Source: a virus (taxonomy: Duplodnaviria; Caudoviricetes). Taken from it: a stretch of DNA of 62,724 bases. A model generated the notes under the pieces. The model ran no database searches and was not told the origin of the DNA. It worked only from the letters and a program-made list of their open reading frames with translations. The stretch covers positions 1 to 62,724 of IMG/VR virus record IMGVR_UViG_3300032250_000155; one strand, given 5' to 3'. Positions 1 through 8,075 of the stretch are shown here, piece after piece. The position numbers and the translations under genes were made by a program. How positions within the stretch are numbered: position 1 is the stretch's first letter; each line of letters starts with the position of its first letter.

Positions 1-123
1 ATCTGTTGCCATACATCATTATCAAACTCGTCTCTATATAAATCTATATAGAATCCATCTGCTGAAACATCGTAACCTATTGTTTTTAGTGTTTTAGCTT
101 GCTTGGTTGTTAAAAAATTTGCC
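1..123. repeat. Terminal direct repeat (123 bp), copy 1; circular assembly overlap
   Basis: 1-123 is identical to 62602-62724. Confidence 0.97.
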
Positions 124-125
124 AT
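1..125 (-). CDS. 5' part of a 66-aa hypothetical protein spanning the contig junction (continues 62601..62526)
   Basis: ATG at 125; MANFLTTKQAKTLKTIGYDVSADGFY... stays in frame across the junction to TAA at 62526. Confidence 0.75.
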   Translation of the reverse strand, partial: MANFLTTKQAKTLKTIGYDVSADGFYIDLYRDEFDNDVWQQ

Positions 126-224
126 CTTATTTTTATTTAATATATAACTAATAAAAAGTACGCTAATGCGCAAAATAATATGCAAAATATGAACTCAACA
201 AGTTCAATCTGCGTTATAGGTTTT

Positions 225-476
225 CTACTCATCTTTCAGACTTATTTCAAGTTTAACGCTCTGCATAACATCATCAGTATCAACCACTTGGACTGAAAAT
301 TCCCCTTCATAAGTAAAAAGAATATCAAAAACCTTCTCATTCAATTGGAACGTGTACCAAACCTTGTTGTAGTCTAAGTAATTAAACTCAACCTCTGCAC
401 GTTCTTCAATCTTATTAATTTTACCCGAAATTTTAGCTACCATACGAAATGGATTAACTCTTACCACTAGCCTCAT
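225..476 (-). CDS. Hypothetical protein
   Basis: 83-aa ORF, tightly packed in the - strand operon. Confidence 0.65.
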   Translation of the reverse strand: MRLVVRVNPFRMVAKISGKINKIEERAEVEFNYLDYNKVWYTFQLNEKVFDILFTYEGEFSVQVVDTDDVMQSVKLEISLKDE

Positions 477-478
477 AA

Positions 479-904
479 TTATTTGTTTATATCTGCCTCA
501 AAATATACATCACTAACGCCATCCCTTACTATCACATAGTCTCCAATAACATTCTGTAACATCAAATCCTCTGCAATAGTATCTGCATAGCTATCGGGTA
601 GTCTAAAACTTCTACAATCCTTTTTAATTACAACTCTATTAGAATCCCTTGAAATATCATTGTAATAGATATTTATCCAATCGGGGAGACATTTGTTCTC
701 ATTCGATAAGTTATGCCAATAGTAGTAACCCTCTTGGCTAGTATCAAAGATAAAACCTCCCATAATAAACTTATGAAACGAATTGCATTCGCCTTCTAAG
801 AACGTCTGAAAATCAGGTGTTTTATTTTGGCGTAAATATTCTGCTTCATATTTAGCTTGTTGGTCGAATGTTAATAACTCGAAATAATCTTTTCTAAATC
901 TCAT
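479..904 (-). CDS. Hypothetical protein with one FxF/WxxSxEGxxYW domain
   Basis: 141 aa; motif GFIFDTSQEGYYYW shared with the neighbouring ORF. Confidence 0.75.
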   Translation of the reverse strand: MRFRKDYFELLTFDQQAKYEAEYLRQNKTPDFQTFLEGECNSFHKFIMGGFIFDTSQEGYYYWHNLSNENKCLPDWINIYYNDISRDSNRVVIKKDCRSFRLPDSYADTIAEDLMLQNVIGDYVIVRDGVSDVYFEADINK

Positions 905-958
905 ATCATTGTTTGTTTAAGCAAGCCGACACATATTGCCGACTTGCTGTAATAAATA

Positions 959-1504
959 CTACTCACCCTCTGCAATTTCCACCCAATAACCAATTCCTTG
1001 ACTAGACTCATCAAACCTAAAACCGCTCTTTATGAATTGAGCCTTATCTCTAAACGACTCTTTTAAGTAATCAGAAATATCACCCCATTTTCTCCCTTTT
1101 TTAAAAGCATCTGTGAACTGACTCTTTTGTTCGGGCGTAAGTTTATCAAAAAAGTACTGCCCCTTTTTAAGTTCCGACACGGGAGTATCAAAACGTTTCC
1201 ATACGTTCTGCCAATACTTTTTGCCTTCATTAGAATCCTCCCAAATGAAAGCCATTTTTAGAAAATCCTCCATATTGGAAATTAAAGAGTCTTCTTTAAA
1301 AAAATCACCAACTGCTCCCTTACCTTTATTAGCAATATTTTTAATGAACTTGCCCGCCTCCTCATCTGTTAACTCTGACAAAAAATCTTGCCTATCTCTT
1401 GAATCTAGGCTACCATTTTTTTCTTCTTGGCTACGCTCTTCCATATCGGACAATACGGCAAGCAATAACATTGTTTCAATCAAACTTTTTTTGGAATTTT
1501 TCAT
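959..1504 (-). CDS. Hypothetical protein with two FxF/WxxSxEGxxYW domains
   Basis: 181 aa; AFIWEDSNEGKKYW and GFRFDESSQGIGYW. Confidence 0.8.
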   Translation of the reverse strand: MKNSKKSLIETMLLLAVLSDMEERSQEEKNGSLDSRDRQDFLSELTDEEAGKFIKNIANKGKGAVGDFFKEDSLISNMEDFLKMAFIWEDSNEGKKYWQNVWKRFDTPVSELKKGQYFFDKLTPEQKSQFTDAFKKGRKWGDISDYLKESFRDKAQFIKSGFRFDESSQGIGYWVEIAEGE

Positions 1505-1535
1505 TGTATTTGAATTTATAGTTAAAAAAAATAAT

Positions 1536-1997
1536 TTACTCTTCGTTATGGAAAAAAGAAATTATGCAATCATAATAACTTCTATCAAAATCATTAAAAT
1601 AGGCTGACTCTCTGAACTTGTCCCAAAGTTTTAATATTTCAAAAAACATTAAATCATAAGCTGTGTGTAAATCAATCATCTTATAAACTTGCGCTAATTG
1701 AGAAAATAAGAAAAAATTATAAGTTTCGGGTAAGTTACGCCTACTATCTTTATTTAGGACAACATCCTTTCCGCTCTTAGTTATCATAGGAAACGTTCCG
1801 TAATAATTTTCAGACTTTACATAATCTAAAGTTCCGTTTACCGAAAGTTTTGTGCCATCAGATAACTCCATTTCTATTAATTTAAGCCCGTATGTTTGCT
1901 CATTAGCAGAATCTGTTTTTGAATATCCAACCTTTGAAATAGTCTTGTTTAACAAGAATTTTTCAACTTCTTTTGTAAAATAAGTTAATGCTTCCAT
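1536..1997 (-). CDS. Hypothetical protein
   Basis: 153-aa ORF with A-rich leader. Confidence 0.7.
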   Translation of the reverse strand: MEALTYFTKEVEKFLLNKTISKVGYSKTDSANEQTYGLKLIEMELSDGTKLSVNGTLDYVKSENYYGTFPMITKSGKDVVLNKDSRRNLPETYNFFLFSQLAQVYKMIDLHTAYDLMFFEILKLWDKFRESAYFNDFDRSYYDCIISFFHNEE

Positions 1998-2020
1998 ATA
2001 GTTTTTTTTGTTTAAATTGA

Positions 2021-2251
2021 TTAATTACTCCTAGATATTAAAAAAAATCTGTTGCTGTGGTAATATCCTACTAGAATATCGGGGAAATCACTTATGCCAA
2101 TAGTTCTGTTACTAGAATAGTTGACTAAAAATAAATTCTGTGAATTATATCGAGATAATCCCCCACCCGAATCAGTAAAATCAACACATTTAACTATATC
2201 ACCAACACTAATAACATTGCCTTGACAATCTTTTGTTTTGTATTTTTCCAT
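2021..2251 (-). CDS. Small hypothetical protein (YopX/SH3-like DxxGxxIxxGDIV motif)
   Basis: KDCQGNVISVGDIVK motif. Confidence 0.6.
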   Translation of the reverse strand: MEKYKTKDCQGNVISVGDIVKCVDFTDSGGGLSRYNSQNLFLVNYSSNRTIGISDFPDILVGYYHSNRFFLISRSN

Positions 2252-2277
2252 TGGATTAATATGTTTAAATTGACTTA

Positions 2278-2285
2278 CAAAGATA
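2278..2285 (-). promoter_or_regulatory. Bacteroidetes sigma70 -7 element (TATCTTTG)
   Basis: Matches TAnnTTTG about 27 nt upstream of the 2251 start. Confidence 0.6.
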
Positions 2286-2384
2286 AAACAATACTATTAC
2301 ATAAGTCAAGTGTTTTAGTATATTTATTTTTGCTTATAACGTTATTTAGTGACAAAATTTTTGGCTTATCGTTTACCTCCCAAA

Positions 2385-2512
2385 TTTGTTGATAGTGATT
2401 TTTCTTGCATAAAAATTTAGGCTTGTCTAAAAATAAATAAAAAGCTTCTGGCTTAGCTCCCAGTTTTGTTGATAGTGATTTTTTTGAAAAAAATTTAGCC
2501 GTGTCTAAAAAA
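2385..2512. repeat. Two ~80-bp-spaced direct repeat units, each TTTGTTGATAGTGATTTTT followed by a TTTAG-N6-CTAAA palindrome
   Basis: Units begin at 2385 and 2465; palindromes at 2416-2431 and 2494-2509. Confidence 0.8.
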
Positions 2513-2517
2513 AATAT

Positions 2518-2576
2518 TGAACCTGAACCTGAACCTGAACCTGAACCTGAACCTGCACCTGCACCTGCACCTGCAT
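2518..2576. repeat. Hexamer tandem repeat (ACCTGA)5(ACCTGC)4
   Basis: Read directly from the sequence. Confidence 0.95.
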
Positions 2577-2586
2577 TTGATTGCAC

Positions 2587-2620
2587 AAAAAAAAGCCCTA
2601 ACTAAATTAGCTAGGGCTTT
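2587..2620 (-). terminator. Intrinsic terminator downstream of the amidotransferase gene
   Basis: AAAGCCCTAGCTAA-TT-TAGTTAGGGCTTT hairpin followed by a T-run on the - strand. Confidence 0.8.
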
Positions 2621-2636
2621 GATTGTTATTGGTGAA

Positions 2637-3728
2637 CTAGATGCACCACCACTTCAACTCCTCTAGTTCGCTCCATTCGGCTGTAGTCAAAGTAGTAACT
2701 TCTTTGCTGTTTAGATAGTCAAACCTCTTCTGCATACTATTGTCTGTCTTATAGTAGTCTTCGGTTGAATTATCATCTATGCTGTAATAACTCTCCCCAT
2801 TAACTGCCTTAGGATAGTAAACACTAGCCGACTTCACGTTCTTGTCTTTAGCCCATTCCTTAGATTGTTTAGCTGATTCCTTATTGTAATTATCTACCCA
2901 TTTAAGCGATACCCAATTATTAAGTTCTTTGCTCCATAAGGATTCGACTCCGCCGACCTCCCATGTTTGAGTCTCTGAAAGGTATTTGTTGTGTCCAATA
3001 GGATTCCATTTTTTACTGATTTCAGAATAAGAATGAGGGATTCCGTAACGTGTATGCGACTTCAAATCCTTGTCCCAAACTATAGTCTTATCACTCCACT
3101 TGCCATCAAACTTTGGCTTTGGATAGTTAGCTGTATTGTAGATTTTTTGTCCGCCAAAGTCCGTGTAATTAACTTTCTTATAAGTACTATTGCTAAACCA
3201 ACAGCCATCAAATTCTGTGTCACGAACGCCTAAATTCTCATTGACTATTGTGTACTCATTCAAGTTATTTAAAAATAATAACTTGCTAGACCCAATGAAT
3301 TTTTTGATAAGCAACAAGATAGCATCATTATAAATAAAGTCGCTAGGTAACTTCCTTAGGTATTGTTCATTGAATAAATTCGTATCCGACTTGTTAGCGT
3401 TTATTCCGTTTAGTTCGGAAATGATTCCATTATGAACGAACGCTAGGTCTTTGTTAACCGCAAACGGATGCGTGTTTGTTTCGTTCACGCCACCGCTTGT
3501 ACTAATACGGAAATGCAAAACAATATTACTCAAAGGTGATTGCTTTCTAATTTCAACGTACTTGTTGTAAAACGTTTGAAAGTTTTTAACTTCCTTAAAG
3601 ATATTCAATTGATTGATTCCATCTGTTGTCCAAATCATTCCACCGCCATCTCTATTGTTGTCCCAACAATTTTGAATTAAAGACTTTGGAAATGTAACGT
3701 TCGGGCTGTTTAAAATTGCTATGCACAT
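2637..3728 (-). CDS. Class II (Ntn-hydrolase) glutamine amidotransferase with C-terminal extension
   Basis: N-terminal MC; NxDGGG, HFRISTSG, NTHPF, FVHNGII and SDT motifs. Confidence 0.9.
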   Translation of the reverse strand: MCIAILNSPNVTFPKSLIQNCWDNNRDGGGMIWTTDGINQLNIFKEVKNFQTFYNKYVEIRKQSPLSNIVLHFRISTSGGVNETNTHPFAVNKDLAFVHNGIISELNGINANKSDTNLFNEQYLRKLPSDFIYNDAILLLIKKFIGSSKLLFLNNLNEYTIVNENLGVRDTEFDGCWFSNSTYKKVNYTDFGGQKIYNTANYPKPKFDGKWSDKTIVWDKDLKSHTRYGIPHSYSEISKKWNPIGHNKYLSETQTWEVGGVESLWSKELNNWVSLKWVDNYNKESAKQSKEWAKDKNVKSASVYYPKAVNGESYYSIDDNSTEDYYKTDNSMQKRFDYLNSKEVTTLTTAEWSELEELKWWCI

Positions 3729-3769
3729 AGTTGTAAAATTTAAAAATTGATTAATTGATTGATTGAAAA

Positions 3770-5497
3770 TTATAATTGATTGATTCTGTTTGCGACTAAA
3801 CTAAAGTCGTAATTGCGATAATCCGTATCGAAACGTTTCGCTAGTTCGATAGCATCTTTGGCACGTTTTTTAATCTTGTCCGCTGTAAAGATTTCAGAAA
3901 ACAATTTGTACAAATCGCTATCCTTATCCGCTAACATATTAATAACCTCATGCGCTCTATTGCTAGGATTGTTTGCCATTACTCTAAGTAATTTAATGCG
4001 CCATTGCAAAGTCTCGATATTGTCGACTAAAGGAAAGATACGAAACTCTATTCGGTCTGAAATTCCGCTGTCTTTGATAATCCTAACAGCTTGCATTTTT
4101 TCAGTGGATTGTTTCATGTTGTGTTTCTCCTTTGCGATACAATAGTATGCCTCCGAACGCTTGCGATATATTGCATAAATCAAAGGCATATATCCGCTTA
4201 TCATCTCGAATAAATCTTCCGCTCTAGTGTAACTTCTTGAGAAATGAATATGTCCGCCACAAGAACTTCTATCTTTCCCCGAACTAATAAATTTCATATC
4301 ATTCCCGTTAATTAAATTCGGATAGCTAGACTCTATCTCACGAACTTCATTTATCAAATCATCTGTAAACAGCGGATAGGTCGGGCTAACTAGTTCATAA
4401 CCTATTCTATCGCAAAGACTTCCATCACGTTCCTTCTTCCACCCAAAATTCTGCAATATGCTATTATTGCTATGCTTTGAACCTAGAAAACTTTGTTTCT
4501 CTATTTCAACTCCAATACGGAAAACTACCTTGCTTTCGATATCAATTTGCTTTGTATTAATACCGCTTTCGTGATACGAATAACGTGGATTTCTGTGTAG
4601 TTCACGCTCGCAAGCCTCTATGCTGTGACTTGCCGAAACAGACCTATTACAGCTAGGACAAACAATACGAACGTATCCGCAAAATTCCGCCGACTCTGTA
4701 TTCAAATACACCTCTCCATTCCATTCTGTAGGATTGAAATTTAAGTCTATTAATTCCCTACTTTCCTCTAGTGTAAATTGATAATCTAAGCCCAATTGAG
4801 ACGTTCTAAAAGCAATTTCTGAAACAACTATTGAGTCCATTACTCCATTGACTAAAACCTTATAAGTTACTGAACCAAATTTAGTTGTATATCCGCCACG
4901 TTTCGAGCAAAAAATAACCTTATCAATACGACTCTTATGATAGTATATTGGTAACCTAAAACTAGGCACGCTTTCCATTCTTGCGCTACCTTCCGAATGA
5001 ATAGTTAAATCCTTTTTAATATTTTGGAATGTTGCATCTGAAAGTGATACAACAAATTTATTGTTCTCATTGAATTTTTGGATAAGGATTAAATTTCCCC
5101 ATAAATTCTTATGCTCGACCTTTAAGTCTATCCATTCTTGTAGCTGTATATGAAATACATAACCCGCATTAAAACGCTCTCTTTCATTAAGGAAATGATA
5201 AGTTTTACCACTTGAAATAATAGTTTCTACCTTGTCTAAAGATAGCTTAGCAATGTATCTATTATGAAACCTATGCAAGCGCTTGCAGTCCTTTCTAAGA
5301 AAGTAATGCTTGCGAAATTCCATGTATTCCTCATTCCAATAGTATGCGGATATAACTTCCTTAGCATCACGACTAGTAGGAATATCGTCAAAATTGCGAA
5401 TTGAGAAATAAGCTATTTCACTTAAATTGTAGCTAGAGTGCAAGCGGATAGCATCGCTTTCATTAATTGTTTCACCGAAAATTGTTGTTACGTTCAT
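3770..5497 (-). CDS. Amidoligase (COOH-NH2 ligase, glutamine-synthetase-like fold) with a long N-terminal extension
   Basis: GVEIE, ERDGSL, GYELVSP, SCGGHIHFS and RIEFR motifs; adjacent to a GATase-II. Confidence 0.88.
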   Translation of the reverse strand: MNVTTIFGETINESDAIRLHSSYNLSEIAYFSIRNFDDIPTSRDAKEVISAYYWNEEYMEFRKHYFLRKDCKRLHRFHNRYIAKLSLDKVETIISSGKTYHFLNERERFNAGYVFHIQLQEWIDLKVEHKNLWGNLILIQKFNENNKFVVSLSDATFQNIKKDLTIHSEGSARMESVPSFRLPIYYHKSRIDKVIFCSKRGGYTTKFGSVTYKVLVNGVMDSIVVSEIAFRTSQLGLDYQFTLEESRELIDLNFNPTEWNGEVYLNTESAEFCGYVRIVCPSCNRSVSASHSIEACERELHRNPRYSYHESGINTKQIDIESKVVFRIGVEIEKQSFLGSKHSNNSILQNFGWKKERDGSLCDRIGYELVSPTYPLFTDDLINEVREIESSYPNLINGNDMKFISSGKDRSSCGGHIHFSRSYTRAEDLFEMISGYMPLIYAIYRKRSEAYYCIAKEKHNMKQSTEKMQAVRIIKDSGISDRIEFRIFPLVDNIETLQWRIKLLRVMANNPSNRAHEVINMLADKDSDLYKLFSEIFTADKIKKRAKDAIELAKRFDTDYRNYDFSLVANRINQL

Positions 5498-5518
5498 TGT
5501 TTTAAAAGTTTAGATTTT

Positions 5519-5671
5519 TCAATTGATTGATAAGATAAGAGAAAACAATAGCATAAAAATTGCTAGGATAGAAATTAGAGCTATTCCATAAAATCCGACT
5601 TGAATAAAAATTGGAATAAAGACTAACAGCATGAATATCAATACTGAAAGGTAAAAGGTTTTGTTCTTCAT
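5519..5671 (-). CDS. 50-aa highly hydrophobic membrane protein (not in the ORF track)
   Basis: MKNKTFYLSVLIFMLLVFIPIFIQVGFYGIALISILAIFMLLFSLILSIN; same AAAACA-ATG leader as the amidoligase. Confidence 0.7.
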   Translation of the reverse strand: MKNKTFYLSVLIFMLLVFIPIFIQVGFYGIALISILAIFMLLFSLILSIN

Positions 5672-6523
5672 TGTTTTAATTGATTAAAAATTGTTAAAAA
5701 ATACTTTAAGTTCCGGTGCTTAATTGGCTGATTATCAAGTAGTTAGCATTCAAATTGGCACCTATTTTGTCTCTTTCGACTCCTAAAACTAAGCAATTTG
5801 TTTTATATATCCTATAGTAGCTCAAAAAAAATATTACTAGGTAGGTAGGTAAATTGCATCAACAGGTGAACTGTTGAAACAGGTAACTGTAGTAACAGAA
5901 ATTTTTAGATAAGCCTAAATTTTTGTATTCAATTTCTTTTTTAGGTACGTCTAAAAATTGCTATGTAGGTAGGTGATTTTGTTTTATTGGTTATGCTTGA
6001 GCGGATTATCCGCTTTCTCTCTCTCTACGCTAGAACAAGTACTGAAACAGCATAGAACTTTGGGTGCATTTACGACCAAACAGCTGTAACGTGCTTGCAT
6101 ATCTGTGGAAACAGAATAAGCCTAGCCTAATTTCGGATTTCAGAATGCAAAAACAGCCCCTACTCGGTCGGAAAAGCCGTTTTCGCGGATTTCTTGCTGA
6201 CCCGTAGGATAATATATATAACCCTGATTTCACAGCTACACGCTCTAAAAAATCAAATACATCGGCAATATATTACCAACAGCTTATTCTCTAACAGCAA
6301 CTTGCTCAAAAAGATTAATTGTAAAATAGAACATAGTTGTGTCATCGAAACATAATATAAATAATGTATAGCCGTAGATATTATTTAACAGCCCTCTGCT
6401 GCCGCAACTAACCTGCGTTAACAGAATAACCTTACTGAGCATAAAATCTGCCCTCACATTAAGTATTATGAAAAATCAAGATGATTCTATAACTTTGAGT
6501 TTATATACCAAACAAAACACAAT
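5672..6523. other. Long non-coding divergence region between the two transcription arms; candidate genome end/packaging region
   Basis: No convincing ORF; TAGG and CT microrepeats, AACAG repeats and TTTAG-N6-CTAAA palindromes; lies upstream of the terminase genes. Confidence 0.55.
6490..6497 (+). promoter_or_regulatory. Bacteroidetes -7 element TAACTTTG
   Basis: TAnnTTTG 26 nt upstream of ATG 6524. Confidence 0.65.
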
Positions 6524-7183
6524 ATGTTACAATACGAGCTTACTCAAGCATCGCCAAACTCTTTGATAGTTGAAGTTGGCGCACAATACGAAGACACGGT
6601 TCAATATGGCTCATTGTCTATATTTATAGACCCATTATTTAAGCCGACACACAATGCAAGGATATACGGAATAGTAAAAGCTACTCCAAAAGGAAAATGT
6701 TATAATGAAGATGGAAATGAAATTGAAGCTGATGTACAAGTTGGTGATAAAGTGTACTTTCATTACTTGTCAACTTTTGATGAAAATGCTAGGGTTTATG
6801 GTGATTACTACAGGATACCTTATTGCTGGATTTTTTGTGTTGTCAGGAATGATGATATTATACCTATTGGGGGCTGGACTTTATGCGAGAAAGTTATTGA
6901 AAATGAAGATGAATTTGAAAGTGTAGAAGTAGGTGGAGTAAAAATAAATGCTACAACATCTAAGTCTGGTCTAGTAACTTCCGTAGAAAAAGTGTCTTCT
7001 GTGCGCATTTCTGTGTTAAAATATATAGGTAAACCATTGAAAGATTTTTTACCATTAAATTTGAGTTCAGGGGATAAAGTAGTGATAGATAAAAACACTA
7101 ATTTTGAGAATGTGATAGAGGGGAAAACCTACTATACAGTGCGTCAGGGGGATATTTTAGGTAAATATAATACATTTGTATAA
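6524..7183 (+). CDS. Co-chaperonin GroES-like protein with two tandem GroES domains
   Basis: VQVGDKVYF in the first half; PIGGWTL...TTSKSGLV...GDKVV...IEGKTYYTVRQGDILG in the second half. Confidence 0.8.
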   Translation: MLQYELTQASPNSLIVEVGAQYEDTVQYGSLSIFIDPLFKPTHNARIYGIVKATPKGKCYNEDGNEIEADVQVGDKVYFHYLSTFDENARVYGDYYRIPYCWIFCVVRNDDIIPIGGWTLCEKVIENEDEFESVEVGGVKINATTSKSGLVTSVEKVSSVRISVLKYIGKPLKDFLPLNLSSGDKVVIDKNTNFENVIEGKTYYTVRQGDILGKYNTFV

Positions 7184-7320
7184 TGATTGCCGAGTATCAT
7201 CTAATACATTTGTATAATGATAGCGGGCAATCAGGGGGGTGATTGCGGGGTAGCAGGGGGGGTGATTGCGGGGTATCACCATAATAATAGATTATAATAA
7301 TAAAGATTAATATAAAAAAA
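7168..7320 (+). repeat. Second, inverted copy of the replication-initiator iterons plus a 20-bp direct repeat and an AT-rich tract
   Basis: 7250-7287 is the exact reverse complement of 60899-60936; 7184-7199 is the reverse complement of 60953-60968; TAATACATTTGTATAATGAT at 7168 and 7202. Confidence 0.9.
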
Positions 7321-7491
7321 TATTTGTTCAATTATTTTTGAGAAAAAAATAAACAGCTTTCACCCTAAAAGAAAAGACCCCCGAAGGGGAATCTGTTATC
7401 TCATAATTTACGAATACAATTATACTGAAAACAAGGGGTAGCCCCCGCCCGCCTCGCCCGCAGCAAACATTGATAATAAAATATAAAAATT

Positions 7492-8052
7492 ATGGCACTA
7501 TTTGTTGAAGATGATTTTAAGGTACTATCAATAAATCCGTTTGAAAAGAATTTTATAAAAAATAAAATCGTTCAGCAGGTTTTTGGAAGAGTATCTCAAT
7601 CCGATGAACCAATACTTAAATACATTATCTTGTTATACGACAGTAAGTCTCCCATGAGATTGAAGATACCACTACTGTCAGACAGGAAAATTGAGTGTGC
7701 AGAGCTTGCTGAACTAAAAACTGGTAAAGAAGAAATCTTTGATTTAAGACACGATAATATAGTCGGCTATATAAACTCCTATCTAAGGTATCAACAATCG
7801 AAAATATGGTCTATTCTCGCAGCCAACGAGGAGGTATTGTGGCAATATCAGTCTGAATTATTAACTCCTATCACACAATATAAAACTGACAAGGATAAAT
7901 TGCAGGCATTAGAGATTAAATCTAAGCTAATGGCAGAGTGCGATGCTATCATAAAAAGAATAGACTCTTACGAAGAAAAATTGTTTGGCGACAATACTGA
8001 CAAGAAAGATAAAATATTATCAATGACACCAGAGATGATAGCTAACGTTTAG
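7492..8052 (+). CDS. Probable terminase small subunit
   Basis: 186-aa helical protein positioned just before the HNH and TerL genes; call is positional. Confidence 0.5.
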   Translation: MALFVEDDFKVLSINPFEKNFIKNKIVQQVFGRVSQSDEPILKYIILLYDSKSPMRLKIPLLSDRKIECAELAELKTGKEEIFDLRHDNIVGYINSYLRYQQSKIWSILAANEEVLWQYQSELLTPITQYKTDKDKLQALEIKSKLMAECDAIIKRIDSYEEKLFGDNTDKKDKILSMTPEMIANV

Positions 8053-8075
8053 GAAAAATAATAAATATTTAGAGT

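Noticed and set aside
1-123. 123-bp terminal repeat as a biological DTR
   Set aside because: It cuts through an ORF that reads across the junction, so it is most likely an assembler overlap of a circular or permuted genome
1221-1607. + strand ORFs at 1221, 2991, 3858 and similar antisense or overlapping ORFs elsewhere (e.g. 14707, 19191, 39357, 42207, 52684, 59021)
   Set aside because: Shadow frames of well-supported genes with no independent motifs
2275-2586. 103-aa ORF with a GAGAGSGSGS tract
   Set aside because: Non-ATG start directly after a terminator; it is the translation of the hexamer and palindromic repeats and runs over a promoter
6030-6233. 67-aa ORF in the divergence region
   Set aside because: Atypical composition, non-ATG start and no A-rich leader
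7250-7287. DGR template/variable repeat pair with 60899-60936
   Set aside because: The copies are identical rather than A-mutated, are short, and no reverse transcriptase is encoded
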